Both the position numbers and the translations under genes were made by a program. From an uncultured bacterium (GTDB taxonomy: Bacteria; Patescibacteriota; Patescibacteriia; CAIQCM01), in contig OY970181.1 in NCBI GenBank assembly GCA_963708045.1, forward strand, positions 131,740 through 195,739: 64,000 nt of DNA. Direction: 5' to 3'. Under the pieces are notes generated by a model that did not search any database, was not told the origin of the DNA, and saw only the letters and a list, made by a program, of their open reading frames with translations. Shown piece by piece: positions 6,947 through 18,473 of the stretch. The first letter of the stretch is position 1. Every line of letters starts with the position of its first letter.

Positions 6947-7609
6947 ATGAAGATAGACTTTGTTTCAATTTTTCCGGAAATGTTTGGGACTTATTTTAAT
7001 GAGTCCATTATGAAACGCGCGGCGGAAAAGCGTCTGATTAAAGTTAAGGCGCACGATTTGCGTAAGTGGGCATCGGGCAAGCACCACAAAGTAGACGATC
7101 GCCCATTTGGTGGCGGCCCCGGAATGGTGATGATGGCGGAGCCGTTTGCGAAAGCGGTTAAAGAGCTAAAAGTTAAAAGTTTAAAGTTAAAAGTTCGTGT
7201 TATCCTAATGTCTGCTTCGGGAAAAACCTTCACTCATAAAGATGCAGTACGGCTTGCCAAGTACAAACACTTAATCTTCCTCTGCCCGCGCTACGAAGGC
7301 GTGGATGCGCGCGTGGAAAAATTTGTTGATGAAAAAATTTCTATTGGCGACTATGTTTTAACCGGCGGCGAACTCCCCGCCATGGTCGTGGCTGACGCAG
7401 TCGTGCGTCATATTCCCGGCGTCCTTGGCAAAGCCGAATCGCTCACCGAAGAATCGCATACAATAGAAGGTGTTACTGAATATCCGCAATACACGCGGCC
7501 GGAAGTTTTTGGCAAACAAAGAGTGCCTGCGGTTTTGCTTTCAGGCGATCATGCGAAGATAGCCGCGTGGAGAAAGAAAAAGATGGGGCAACGAATACCT
7601 AATATCTAA
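6947..7609 (+). CDS. trmD: tRNA (guanine37-N1)-methyltransferase
   Basis: IDFVSIFPEMF, DDRPFGGGPGMVM and SIGDYVLTGGELPAMV are hallmark TrmD (SPOUT) motifs. Confidence 0.9.
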   Translation: MKIDFVSIFPEMFGTYFNESIMKRAAEKRLIKVKAHDLRKWASGKHHKVDDRPFGGGPGMVMMAEPFAKAVKELKVKSLKLKVRVILMSASGKTFTHKDAVRLAKYKHLIFLCPRYEGVDARVEKFVDEKISIGDYVLTGGELPAMVVADAVVRHIPGVLGKAESLTEESHTIEGVTEYPQYTRPEVFGKQRVPAVLLSGDHAKIAAWRKKKMGQRIPNI

Positions 7610-7629
7610 TGTCTAATATCTAATCCGTT

Positions 7630-7745
7630 GGCGTCATCCCGAAGAGCGGGAGCGATGAGGGAACTCAACGTCTCAAATCCACCTCTGCGGTTCCTCGCTC
7701 TAGACAAAACGACCATACGAGCTCGGAATGACGGCAAAAAAAACT
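7630..7745. repeat. Family-A palindromic repeat
   Basis: GGCGTCATCCCGAAGAGCGG...GAGCTCGGAATGACGGC, preceded by CCTAATATCTAATGTCTAATATCTAATCCG. Confidence 0.6.
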
Positions 7746-7777
7746 TCCCCAATAATATTGGGGAAGTTTTTAATAAT

Positions 7778-8287
7778 TTATAAATTCGGATTTGCGATAA
7801 TGTCTTCGCTAACGGATGGAGCTGAACATTTTGCGCGGCTGGCTCGATAAATTTTAATCGCGTCTTCTTGCATCTTGTTCCATTCTAAGCGCGCAGCCGT
7901 CAACTTATCACTCCACGCTTTTACGGCCGAGCCGCGCGTTTTAGAAAGCTCTTTTTTCTTTTCTTTTTTTAAATCTTTGTCCGAAGAATTTACATTGCGC
8001 AAATTTGTGAGTGCATCTTTTACCGCTGTCTTATAACCAGAACGCGATTCGCTTGATAATGAAACATATTTATCACGACCATCTTTTAATGACGCCCGAT
8101 AGGTTGCCAAAGCCGACTTTAGACATAATTTATTTTTTGCATCCGCATTTTTGTCACCAAACACAAAAGCACTAATTTTGTTCTTAATTTGCGCGAGTGG
8201 ATTCACCGACTTGGCGGCGGCCATTGTTCCCACTGAAATAAGAACGACGATCGCGATTAAACCGATTATTTTGTATGTTTTTTTCAT
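7778..8287 (-). CDS. hypothetical Lys-rich secreted/membrane-anchored protein
   Basis: MKKTYKIIGLIAIVVLISVGTMAAAKS signal/anchor. Start moved to the Met preceding the hydrophobic segment. Confidence 0.45.
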   Translation of the reverse strand: MKKTYKIIGLIAIVVLISVGTMAAAKSVNPLAQIKNKISAFVFGDKNADAKNKLCLKSALATYRASLKDGRDKYVSLSSESRSGYKTAVKDALTNLRNVNSSDKDLKKEKKKELSKTRGSAVKAWSDKLTAARLEWNKMQEDAIKIYRASRAKCSAPSVSEDIIANPNL

Positions 8288-8675
8288 AAAATCAGCTATT
8301 TTTACCATCCTAAATGATAGTAACACCAAACGCCTGTTTTTTCAATTTATCCACAGTACCTCCCCACCCCTTATGGCTATTGACGGATTATTCTAAATCG
8401 TTTATTATTGCCACATACTAATCACAACTTCTTTTCGCTTGTTTTTAGAAGAAAAAAGAGTTGAACCTAAAATCGCTTGGTTCCACTCTTTTTTCTTCCT
8501 GAAACGTTTTGGGAAGGGACATTGACAACTCAATCGTGAACCAAAAATTTCTTTCTTTGAAAGAAGAGAGAGATCCCCGGATAATAAACATTCAAAAACA
8601 ATATAGTCATTAAACACATAAGTCTGATGACTCTGGTTGAGTCCACTTCTCCTTAGGGAGATAGGGATTTCTTCT

Positions 8676-10179
<1,504 letters not shown>

Positions 10180-10289
10180 ACAACATTTCTTCACTAGAAG
10201 AATTTGTTGCAGGTCGGTCGTTCGACTGTTAGGTACCTACAGTCGAATGCATATTATCCGAATTCACGATTGAGTTTTCAGTGTCATTT

Positions 10290-10334
10290 AAAAGACACTC
10301 CGCCTAACTGCGGAGTGTCTTTGTATTTGTTTTC
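10290..10334 (+). terminator. Rho-independent terminator downstream of 16S rRNA
   Basis: AAGACACTCCGC-ctaact-GCGGAGTGTCTT 12-bp stem followed by TGTATTTGTTTT. Confidence 0.6.
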
Positions 10335-10420
10335 ATCCCCTTATCTTGACAGAGTAACTCCTGATTGCTAAGGTCGTATATAAATTCGGTCTTTTGTTTC
10401 TTTCAACAACCGAGGGATAA

Positions 10421-10894
10421 ATGCACATAAAAACGCCGAGATATTTAGGGGAACAACTACGTTCTGACCGCAAACGCCAAGGAATGACGCAAGGCGAGTT
10501 GGCCGACGAATTGAATGCGAAACCCAATCGCCCGCAGAATCCTTTTACCCACCAACCCTATAATTTCAATAGGAGCTGGGTGGCCAAGCTTGAATCAGGC
10601 ACACTAGTTCGCGAACTTAATGTGGGGGTGCGGCGGTATCTTGCCGAAGTACTAAATGCAAACGAAGTCCTTTACGTACAACTTCCCACGCATGCAACTT
10701 CAGAATCGCAGAAGGTTATCACCGACGATGACAATGTCTTACCCCTGATCAAACTCATCGCCGCTCAGCCCAAACTAGCCCACCTTTCCTTCAAGAAATT
10801 TTGCGAGCTACGCTATGCGGACAACGTCTGCTCAAGAAGCGGGATATCAATTTTCAATCCGTTTGAGACCGAGACTGATCCACTGAGCAAGTAA
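10421..10894 (+). CDS. XRE-family helix-turn-helix transcriptional regulator
   Basis: N-terminal LRSDRKRQGMTQGELADELNA...VAKLESG is a Cro/C1-type HTH. C-terminal domain unknown. Confidence 0.55.
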   Translation: MHIKTPRYLGEQLRSDRKRQGMTQGELADELNAKPNRPQNPFTHQPYNFNRSWVAKLESGTLVRELNVGVRRYLAEVLNANEVLYVQLPTHATSESQKVITDDDNVLPLIKLIAAQPKLAHLSFKKFCELRYADNVCSRSGISIFNPFETETDPLSK

Positions 10895-11087
10895 ATTGGG
10901 CTCCCAAACTGACCGTCGTTAGATCCACCAGAAATGGTGGATCTTGCTTTATTCATCACGACCCGCCAGCTCCTGAGCACAAGTAATGGACGACGGGTTG
11001 GGTTTTTGGCGTCTTTATATTTACCATATTCCCCTCACTCCACTCCCTCTCCCCTTTTGGGGCGAGGGAGGACGAGGCGAGTCATTT

Positions 11088-11984
11088 TTATAGATGCGAT
11101 TTTTTACGACGAACGATAAATAATTTTGCTGCGGACAAAAGACCGATAAAGGGTAAGAAAACAAGCAGGCTTCTCATTGGCCACTTGGCGTAAGGATCGG
11201 TTGGTAGTTGCGGCGATAACTTTTCAACTCTAATATTACCGGCATTGTCCACGGCCTTAACCCAAACATGGTTTGATAATTTTTGATCTTTAAGTCGATA
11301 TGGGCTCGTCGCAGTAAGCCACGCGTCGGCCTTGGTTACTCCGTCACGCGTCTCTTGAACTTCGTAATAATCAATGCCCGAATCTTTGTCTTGAGTGCTA
11401 AAAACTAAAAAATATGCGCCATTAAAAAGATCCGGCGATGAAGAAATAACGGGTTTAAATTCTTCTGGCGTAACAGAATCCGCTTTTGTTGAATCGGGCA
11501 ACTGGTTTACGTCCGAACCAAAAGATATAAAAGACCATTCCGCAACTTTGGTTTTGGCCACAGTTGCTTTTCCATCGCTTAGAAGCGCGACCGGTTGTTC
11601 AAGCGTTACCTTTCCCGAGCCTGTTGCTTTTGGCAAAAAAACGATTGAAAAAATCTGACCGCGACTACCTTTAAACCCACCTGGAACAATGCCGGCAAAA
11701 TCAATGCGGTTATTTTCAATCTTTGGTATTTTAGCCCAGAAATTAACAAGTGAGTTGCTGTCATTCAGAAACTTAGCTTCTAGTAAATCATCCGGCCACA
11801 CGACAGCGCCGGAAACAGCGTTTAAAACATTGCCGTCAGCATTAAGTTCAAACGACAAAGTAAACGGACGGCCTTTTTCTATTCTGTCTCTTGTCTGAAA
11901 AGAAAAAGACGCTGCTCTAACCGCAGAGAGTGGTAAGAGCAGGGCAGAACAAACGATTACAATAATGTAAAATATTTTTTTCAT
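11088..11984 (-). CDS. hypothetical secreted protein with C-terminal membrane anchor
   Basis: Signal peptide MKKIFYIIVIVCSALLLPLSAVRA. C-terminal hydrophobic helix followed by RRKKSHL. Confidence 0.5.
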   Translation of the reverse strand: MKKIFYIIVIVCSALLLPLSAVRAASFSFQTRDRIEKGRPFTLSFELNADGNVLNAVSGAVVWPDDLLEAKFLNDSNSLVNFWAKIPKIENNRIDFAGIVPGGFKGSRGQIFSIVFLPKATGSGKVTLEQPVALLSDGKATVAKTKVAEWSFISFGSDVNQLPDSTKADSVTPEEFKPVISSSPDLFNGAYFLVFSTQDKDSGIDYYEVQETRDGVTKADAWLTATSPYRLKDQKLSNHVWVKAVDNAGNIRVEKLSPQLPTDPYAKWPMRSLLVFLPFIGLLSAAKLFIVRRKKSHL

Positions 11985-11987
11985 AAA

Positions 11988-13103
11988 TTAGCCTGTCCAA
12001 TAAAAGGCCATAATACTTAAATCTAATAAATCAACTTTGCCGTCGGCGTTAAGATCGGGCCCAGTTGGCGGGTTTGGGCGTCCGTACCAAAACGCAATAA
12101 CCGAGAAGTCAACCAAATTAATCCGCAGGTCGGCATTAAAATCGCCTTTGTCTTTAAGAATGGCTGACGGTTTTGTAACAATACTTTTATCGCTTACTTT
12201 GAATGTATGTGGATCGCTTAGAACACTAATGTCACCGCCGGAAAGAGCTTTGGTCTGCACAGTGTGATCACCCTTTAAAAGCGCATCGGTAGCCATCTTG
12301 TAAAGATAAACGCCGTCGGCGCTTGCTTTAACTTTAGTAACGAACGGATTATCAGAATTAACCGTGATTTCCACTTCGGCGCTCACTGCGGCTTGGCCAA
12401 AAATAATAATATTTTCTCCTTGCTTAACCTCGGACTTGTCCGTGCTCACGGTCGGCGGCAAAAAAATGCCACTAATCTGCGTCATTGACCCGGCGGTTGT
12501 ATAAATAGGAAAAGTGAATAATGTTGAACGCGCCCCTTGTTTGTCTTCGCCGTAAACGGAAAAAGTGTAATTACCCGACGAAAGACCGGTATATGTAATT
12601 GAAAATTTTGCATCCGACCCGGCAATGGTTGTTGCGGCTAATATTCCATCCTTAAGTAAACTAACTTTGCTTAGCGGATAGGCGCGGCCAGAAACAATCA
12701 CGCCGGTCGTAACGATTGTTAAAGGATACGTTGCGCTACCGCCTCCGCCACCACCGCCGCCTCCCCCTCCTCCACCACCACTGCTTGCAACACAACTTAA
12801 GGTATCAAAAGTACAATCGGCTTTGCAGGCCAACGTGCCGCCGCCGCCAAAACCGCGCGAACCGCAGGTCGCACCGAACAAATCAGTTCCATCACACTGT
12901 TCGTTAATTTCTTTTATTCCATTACCACAAAGATTAAGAATTTGAATTTGAAAATTTGCCGAACCAGCCGCTTTTGTTGTGAGCGGCTGAACTAAAAACA
13001 ATACCGCGCCAAAAACTAGCGCCGCCACGGTTGTGGCGGCAAACATTTTCGTAAACCCCTTTTGTAATCTAGTTTGCTCGTTCATTAAACTAAATGACGA
13101 CAC
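11988..13103 (-). CDS. secreted protein with Cys-rich N-domain, poly-Gly linker and C-terminal dockerin-like repeats
   Basis: TM/signal near N-terminus, G14 tract, and two D-x-N-x-D-G-x-V-D-L-L-D-like segments (DFNADLRINLVDFSVIAFW; DLNADGKVDLLDLSIMAFYW). Confidence 0.5.
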   Translation of the reverse strand: MSSFSLMNEQTRLQKGFTKMFAATTVAALVFGAVLFLVQPLTTKAAGSANFQIQILNLCGNGIKEINEQCDGTDLFGATCGSRGFGGGGTLACKADCTFDTLSCVASSGGGGGGGGGGGGGGSATYPLTIVTTGVIVSGRAYPLSKVSLLKDGILAATTIAGSDAKFSITYTGLSSGNYTFSVYGEDKQGARSTLFTFPIYTTAGSMTQISGIFLPPTVSTDKSEVKQGENIIIFGQAAVSAEVEITVNSDNPFVTKVKASADGVYLYKMATDALLKGDHTVQTKALSGGDISVLSDPHTFKVSDKSIVTKPSAILKDKGDFNADLRINLVDFSVIAFWYGRPNPPTGPDLNADGKVDLLDLSIMAFYWTG

Positions 13104-13107
13104 CGAT

Positions 13108-16100
13108 TTAATTAGCTGTAATTGAAAGCACCATATTAACGGAATAGCTACCCACTGGCTGTTCAGCCGGAATTTTCTGGCTAATAGCTACGTCCCTGAG
13201 TGTCCAGTCGCCAACATTATTTGCGGCAGCGGATGCCGAAAGTAAAGTAATATTATTGGTCACGCCTTCACTAAATGCCGCCGCCCCACCCTTAGAAATA
13301 TTTGCCGTCGTGCAACCACTGCACCCACCAACAGCCAAAGTCGCGACCGAAGGATCAATCGTCATCTGGCCACCGAGCGAATCAGTATCCCCGCCGTCGG
13401 CACACCCCGCACTCGTTGAATCGTTGAAATCATAATTTACTGTTCCACCATTCCAATAGTCCGTTGGCGCTTGCGCCGCAAGCGTTAATGTCCAACCGCC
13501 GGCAACACCAGTGTTGTTTACATAGATCTGCTCTGATGATGAACCAAAACTGCCGGTAACATTTTGACAAGAAAAATTAAAATTTGTTGAGCTCATCGCC
13601 ATACTCGGATTAGCGACCGGCGCATAGCTTGCATTAACAATGTCGGCGGTTAAAGAGCCGCCCGACGGATTTAATTCGTCATTGTCCGCGTTCATCGCTG
13701 ACTCAATATTCGCCCAGGATGTTTCAGCATTATGAACGTGCCAAAATGTGAAGCTAACCGTTTGACCCGGAGCGACCGAAGACCAGGTTTTTTCAAATCC
13801 GGTCTGGTCGGCTGTCTGAGTTCCGTGAGAAGCCGTTATTTGAATTGGCCACTCAGCATAAGGAGCGGTTGTCCTACCCAAAAACGCCTCGACGGCAAAT
13901 ATTTGGTAATCGGGGAGATTGTTCTTATCCCAAATCATTCCCATATTGATGAATGTCACCTTATCGTAAGCCGTTTGCCAAAATTTTGACCAGCCAGAAG
14001 GAGAAACCCTTTGCTCCATGATGACGTCGTTAGAAGGGTCGTTGGCAAATCTACCAGCATCATTTGCTGCCCTGTCTGTTCCGTGCCACTGTTCACGTTC
14101 CCAGACCATCGGATATTTATGAGTAGAGCTGCCACCATTATAAAAATCATATGTATTCTTTATATATCTTTTGCCAGAATAATAATTCTGTGTTCTTGTC
14201 GCTGTGATACCATTGTCCAACTGCTGAGCCCAACCTCCAACAACTCCACTAACTGCCGTATTATCGGAGTGCTGAACAATCGTAAAACCGGTATTGCTTT
14301 CGGCCGTTATCCAACTAGCATTTTCATTCGGACTCCACTTTATATCATGTTGATATGGATTAGCTGAGCCCGAAGTATCAGCTCTTATTATGTCATCAAC
14401 ATGAACAGCGACTCTTTCCATACAGTCGGTAGACTGGTCGGCTCCTCCGCCAACTGGGTGAGCCCGAGATTCGGCTTGTAAACCAGCTTGCTCACATTCA
14501 TTTATTGAAGAACAAGCTAAATTGTTATCGGTTGTTGAAGTTGGTTTTGGATAAATAAATGTAGATAAATACTGATTAGCAATATACAAACCATTTGAAC
14601 CCCAGCGCTGGCCCATGTCAAACGTTTGAGTCCAGTTATATCTTGTCGCAAAAAGGTCGGTATCGGTATCAAAAGCGATATCAACATCCGTTGAAACCGT
14701 TCCTGTAGTAGCCATCTGCGGGAGTGAAGCGAATTGAATGTAAAGCGTATGCGAGGAAGTCTCCCACCACCATGCGTTGACGCCAGTGGACTGAGCCGAC
14801 CCCGGAGAGACAGATGCCCCGTTTACGGTTATAGCAAAATTAGTCGGAGAAGAAGTGATCGGATGAATTGGAACCGCCACGGCAATATTCGTACCTGTTC
14901 CGCTTTTCATTCCAAACCCGAAATCGCTTATGGTTGTATGCCAGTGGTCAGTTGACCAGATAGAATTAAAATCCGTATAATTAGCCGGGTTTTGAACCGC
15001 GTCCATTGAAGTTCTTTTAACAGTCATCACAATAGTAAAGGTACTTGCGCTGCTCGTATAATCTATAGAAGGAAAACCAGCGTTATTATCCAACTGCACA
15101 ACAACACTAAAGGAACCGTTATAAGTCTTTGGGTCATCACAACCCATACAAATATTGGAACCGGGATAAATAACCCCTTCAAAACGACTATTGCCGGCGT
15201 TCCATGTCATCGGAGTAGAAAATCCTTGCCCAGCGATCGTGGTGACTTGGGCGCGGGCGTAAGGATAATTAGCATAGGTCAAACCGCCGGTTAGTGTGCC
15301 GTAAACTGGAACCGCCCCCGCCCATCCGTCGGTCGTTTTGCCCAAAGAACTGGCGATGCCGGGTACCACGGGAGCCGGATTTAGAGCAACGGCAAAAGCA
15401 TGCTTGACTGTGGTACCGGTCGTTGAGCAGGTCGTATCAATATTTCCGGTCGCACCCGAACCAGTCCACGTCATACTATCAATCGTCCTTGCAAAATCGG
15501 AAGCAGTTATCCAGTAATCGTTATGCTCAACCCAATCAGTGGTAGGAACTGATGGTTTTGTAAAGTTACGAGTTGTATTACTTGAATAGAAGCTAGCGAA
15601 ATTTAAAAGCACCGAACCAGCGGCCGATACGTTCATACTGGCCGCCCTAACCGTTGTATTACTGGTAATATATTCGGTATTTGAATAAGTATCTATGGGG
15701 TTTGCGGTGTTAAAACCCCCACGGAAAGTTGCAACGGTTATGGCCGTACTTCCAGAAGAAGCAAAACTCCAAGTGTAAGAAGCCCCTTCTCCCGAAGCCA
15801 ATTTCCAATAAAGCATTTGATGATAGGTTGTAGAATACTGGTGCTGGGCCAACAAAGTCCACCCGGTTGGAACCGAATCAACCGCTCCGTTATTGTTGCG
15901 CATAATCAAAGTAAACATGATATCGTTGTTCGCCGTATTGGTCGGTTTGTTAACCACGGCGTTGAACGGGGTGGTTTGGGATGCGGCATTATAGTGAGCA
16001 ACGTTTATAAAAGAGGTTGCCGCCATAGCCTCATGAATTCTTAATTCTTCCGGCAAGTTGCGCAAAGAAGAAAAATTATCAACAACGTTCGGATCATTTT

Positions 16101-16251
16101 CATTTTGAGCAAGCCATAATTTATCAACGATGTTACGTGTGTTAATGTAGGAATCTATCGCCGAAGAAAACAAATAATAAGGAACATTGGAAAAAATGAC
16201 CCCGAAAATGACCAGCGACACCACTAAAAATTTAAGAATTCTTGTTTTCAT
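13108..16251 (-). CDS. large S/T/N-rich cell-surface protein with WxL-like C-terminal domain
   Basis: Signal peptide. C-terminal about 190 aa are homologous to the whole of ORF 18474-19154 and carry two W-T-L motifs (GGWTLTLAAQAP; GDWTLRDVAISQ). Confidence 0.6.
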   Translation of the reverse strand: MKTRILKFLVVSLVIFGVIFSNVPYYLFSSAIDSYINTRNIVDKLWLAQNENDPNVVDNFSSLRNLPEELRIHEAMAATSFINVAHYNAASQTTPFNAVVNKPTNTANNDIMFTLIMRNNNGAVDSVPTGWTLLAQHQYSTTYHQMLYWKLASGEGASYTWSFASSGSTAITVATFRGGFNTANPIDTYSNTEYITSNTTVRAASMNVSAAGSVLLNFASFYSSNTTRNFTKPSVPTTDWVEHNDYWITASDFARTIDSMTWTGSGATGNIDTTCSTTGTTVKHAFAVALNPAPVVPGIASSLGKTTDGWAGAVPVYGTLTGGLTYANYPYARAQVTTIAGQGFSTPMTWNAGNSRFEGVIYPGSNICMGCDDPKTYNGSFSVVVQLDNNAGFPSIDYTSSASTFTIVMTVKRTSMDAVQNPANYTDFNSIWSTDHWHTTISDFGFGMKSGTGTNIAVAVPIHPITSSPTNFAITVNGASVSPGSAQSTGVNAWWWETSSHTLYIQFASLPQMATTGTVSTDVDIAFDTDTDLFATRYNWTQTFDMGQRWGSNGLYIANQYLSTFIYPKPTSTTDNNLACSSINECEQAGLQAESRAHPVGGGADQSTDCMERVAVHVDDIIRADTSGSANPYQHDIKWSPNENASWITAESNTGFTIVQHSDNTAVSGVVGGWAQQLDNGITATRTQNYYSGKRYIKNTYDFYNGGSSTHKYPMVWEREQWHGTDRAANDAGRFANDPSNDVIMEQRVSPSGWSKFWQTAYDKVTFINMGMIWDKNNLPDYQIFAVEAFLGRTTAPYAEWPIQITASHGTQTADQTGFEKTWSSVAPGQTVSFTFWHVHNAETSWANIESAMNADNDELNPSGGSLTADIVNASYAPVANPSMAMSSTNFNFSCQNVTGSFGSSSEQIYVNNTGVAGGWTLTLAAQAPTDYWNGGTVNYDFNDSTSAGCADGGDTDSLGGQMTIDPSVATLAVGGCSGCTTANISKGGAAAFSEGVTNNITLLSASAAANNVGDWTLRDVAISQKIPAEQPVGSYSVNMVLSITAN

Positions 16252-16270
16252 TTCTTGTTTTCACGCTTAA

Positions 16271-17254
16271 TTATTTTTCGCGATATTCGCTTATATAATC
16301 AAGAGCCTGTTTAGATATTTTTTTCATTACTTCTTCTGCTCGTTCTTGGCTATAACCTTTGACCATAACCGTCAAAATATACGGCCTTTTTGGCAAGTAA
16401 ACAATGCCCGAGTCTAAATATATTCCCTTGTCAGTATCAATTCCGATTTTATGCGAGAATAAAATATCATTTAGCATCCCACTTTTGATATATTGGCCGA
16501 ATTCGGTTTCCGAAAGATATCCCAATAATTTTTGCGAGTTTTCTTCCGACAAATATGTTGAATTATAAAGCGCTCTAAATATAGCAGAATATCTTTTTGT
16601 ACCAATTTCTCCGGTATTGGAAATAAAATCCTTGAGTCCAATGTGTGTGTAAACATCTTCAATATCTTTAACTTCAAGATTTCTGGTCAAAATAAAATTT
16701 GCCGTATTGTCGGACTCCGTCAAATCTAACTTAACTAGATCTTCAATGGTAAACGTTGAGCCAATTGGTTCTTTGTATAAATTCCCAAACTTTTCATCTT
16801 TGTCGTTGGCTGTCAGCACTAAGCGATTATCCCATTTCCACTCCCCGCGTTCTATTTTTTTTGTGACTGCCATAGTCACGGGCACTTTAAGGAGACTAGC
16901 CGGCCAAAATTTCATATCATTATTGATTGAAATATTGGCGCCGGTATTCAGATATTCAAAATAAACAGACACTCCATCTTTTCCCTCTAACTTGTTTAGT
17001 TCGTCCCTGAGCGGTTGGATATTGATTATAAGATCATCTTGATTGATAAGTTTCCGGGCGGGATTAAGCAATTTATATTCCCCAACGATATCCGCGACGC
17101 GACCATTTTTTCCGACGACACTTAAAAAAACAGGCGCTAGGAGCGAGGTAATTAAAACCGCCGCAAGCGTTGATATATAAACCCATTTTACGTCTACGTT
17201 TTTTCTATTTTGAATTTTTTGCTTCCAATTCATATTTTTGTTAGCGACTGACAA
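16271..17254 (-). CDS. serine hydrolase of the class-A beta-lactamase / penicillin-binding fold
   Basis: N-terminal TM, then SxxK (ASLLK), SDN (ESDNTAN) and KxG-like (HKIG) motifs. Confidence 0.55.
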   Translation of the reverse strand: MSVANKNMNWKQKIQNRKNVDVKWVYISTLAAVLITSLLAPVFLSVVGKNGRVADIVGEYKLLNPARKLINQDDLIINIQPLRDELNKLEGKDGVSVYFEYLNTGANISINNDMKFWPASLLKVPVTMAVTKKIERGEWKWDNRLVLTANDKDEKFGNLYKEPIGSTFTIEDLVKLDLTESDNTANFILTRNLEVKDIEDVYTHIGLKDFISNTGEIGTKRYSAIFRALYNSTYLSEENSQKLLGYLSETEFGQYIKSGMLNDILFSHKIGIDTDKGIYLDSGIVYLPKRPYILTVMVKGYSQERAEEVMKKISKQALDYISEYREK

Positions 17255-17323
17255 AAAGCAAAAACCCGAAAAAAATCCGGGTTTTTGCGGAACAAAAAAG
17301 TTGAGAAAAATTTCTTAAGACCA

Positions 17324-18463
17324 CTATCGCAAAGGCGGAGTTTTAATTTTTTCACCAGGTTTGACAACATAGGGAGGTTTTAATCCGTTCACCTTAGCAA
17401 GCAGTTTCCAAGAAATAGCGAATCGCTTTGCCAGGGAATTAATATCATCTCCTGCCCCAACCACCTGCTCTACCCATTTTTCCTGAATCCATTTTTTATT
17501 GCGACGATTTTTAACGCAGAGAATGACGACGGCAACCAAAAGCAAGACGACCGCGATTTCTGTTGCCAGGCCGCCCGGGGTTGGCGCGCTCCAAAACCAA
17601 ATTGTCGGGCCAGTAAGCGTTGTTAAATCTTTGCCGCTTTGCACACCAACGCTAGCTTCTGAATTTTTGTCGTAGTCAACAACAAAAGCCGAGCGATACC
17701 ATCCACCAAAGAATGGTTTTTTTATCTCAAAGTTCCAATCAGACGTTTCGCCGCGCATTATTGGAAACTGACCGCCGTACTGTTTATACGGCAAGCCGAA
17801 AAAATACGAAACAGCGACTTTGATATTGGCGTCAATGGAAACATTGCCAGTGTTCTTAACTTGCGGATGAAGGACAGGAACGCCTTTTTCTAAAGTTAAT
17901 GTAAAGCCAGCCAATTCAAGCTTGCGAACAATTTCGCCTGGGATTGTAACGGCCACGCGCAAACCCGTTCGTACCGAAAGAAGCGCACCAACTTGTCCCG
18001 CTTGTTTTACTTTTTTCTCTTGAATATTTATACAACCATCGTGCTCGCCAACCGCCGCGCTTTTGGGCGCGCTGATTGTAAAAGGCACGACTTCGCTCGT
18101 ACCCGGCTCTAGCATTACTTCGCTCTTTGCCAAATTGATCCAGGCGCCAATGTCCAGTTTGTCTTCGGAAAATTGCTTACAAGCAAAAGCGCCGCCGGTT
18201 GAAGGCGTAGAGTCGGTCGCATAAACCATTAAGGTCTTTGTTTCGGCCGAATTATTAACAACAACCACTCCTTCGCTAACCTTAGCGCCCGGTTCCAGAG
18301 TTTGGATAAAAATTGATTCGGTTCGCGGATTATCAGTCCGCGGATATGCCGGACGCCCGCCAAAACCACCATATTCAATGGCTTTGGCCGCGGACAACGG
18401 AATCACGACTGACGATAAAAATACAACGACTGTAATTAGTCTTGCGATTCCTAAAAATTTCAT
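17324..18463 (-). CDS. cell-surface protein (DUF916/DUF3324-like architecture) with TM anchor and C-terminal LysM motif
   Basis: Signal peptide, large ectodomain, TM helix EIAVVLLLVAVVILCV, then GAGDDINSLAKRFAISWKLLAKVNGL...VKPGEKIKTP, which matches the LysM consensus. Confidence 0.5.
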   Translation of the reverse strand: MKFLGIARLITVVVFLSSVVIPLSAAKAIEYGGFGGRPAYPRTDNPRTESIFIQTLEPGAKVSEGVVVVNNSAETKTLMVYATDSTPSTGGAFACKQFSEDKLDIGAWINLAKSEVMLEPGTSEVVPFTISAPKSAAVGEHDGCINIQEKKVKQAGQVGALLSVRTGLRVAVTIPGEIVRKLELAGFTLTLEKGVPVLHPQVKNTGNVSIDANIKVAVSYFFGLPYKQYGGQFPIMRGETSDWNFEIKKPFFGGWYRSAFVVDYDKNSEASVGVQSGKDLTTLTGPTIWFWSAPTPGGLATEIAVVLLLVAVVILCVKNRRNKKWIQEKWVEQVVGAGDDINSLAKRFAISWKLLAKVNGLKPPYVVKPGEKIKTPPLR

Positions 18464-18473
18464 AGATATAACT

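Noticed and set aside
12716-12907. ORF 12716-12907 (+) MLKDTLRYRLRHHRR...
   Set aside because: It is an antisense translation of the poly-Gly/Cys-rich segment of the 11988-13103 gene. Its composition is low-complexity.
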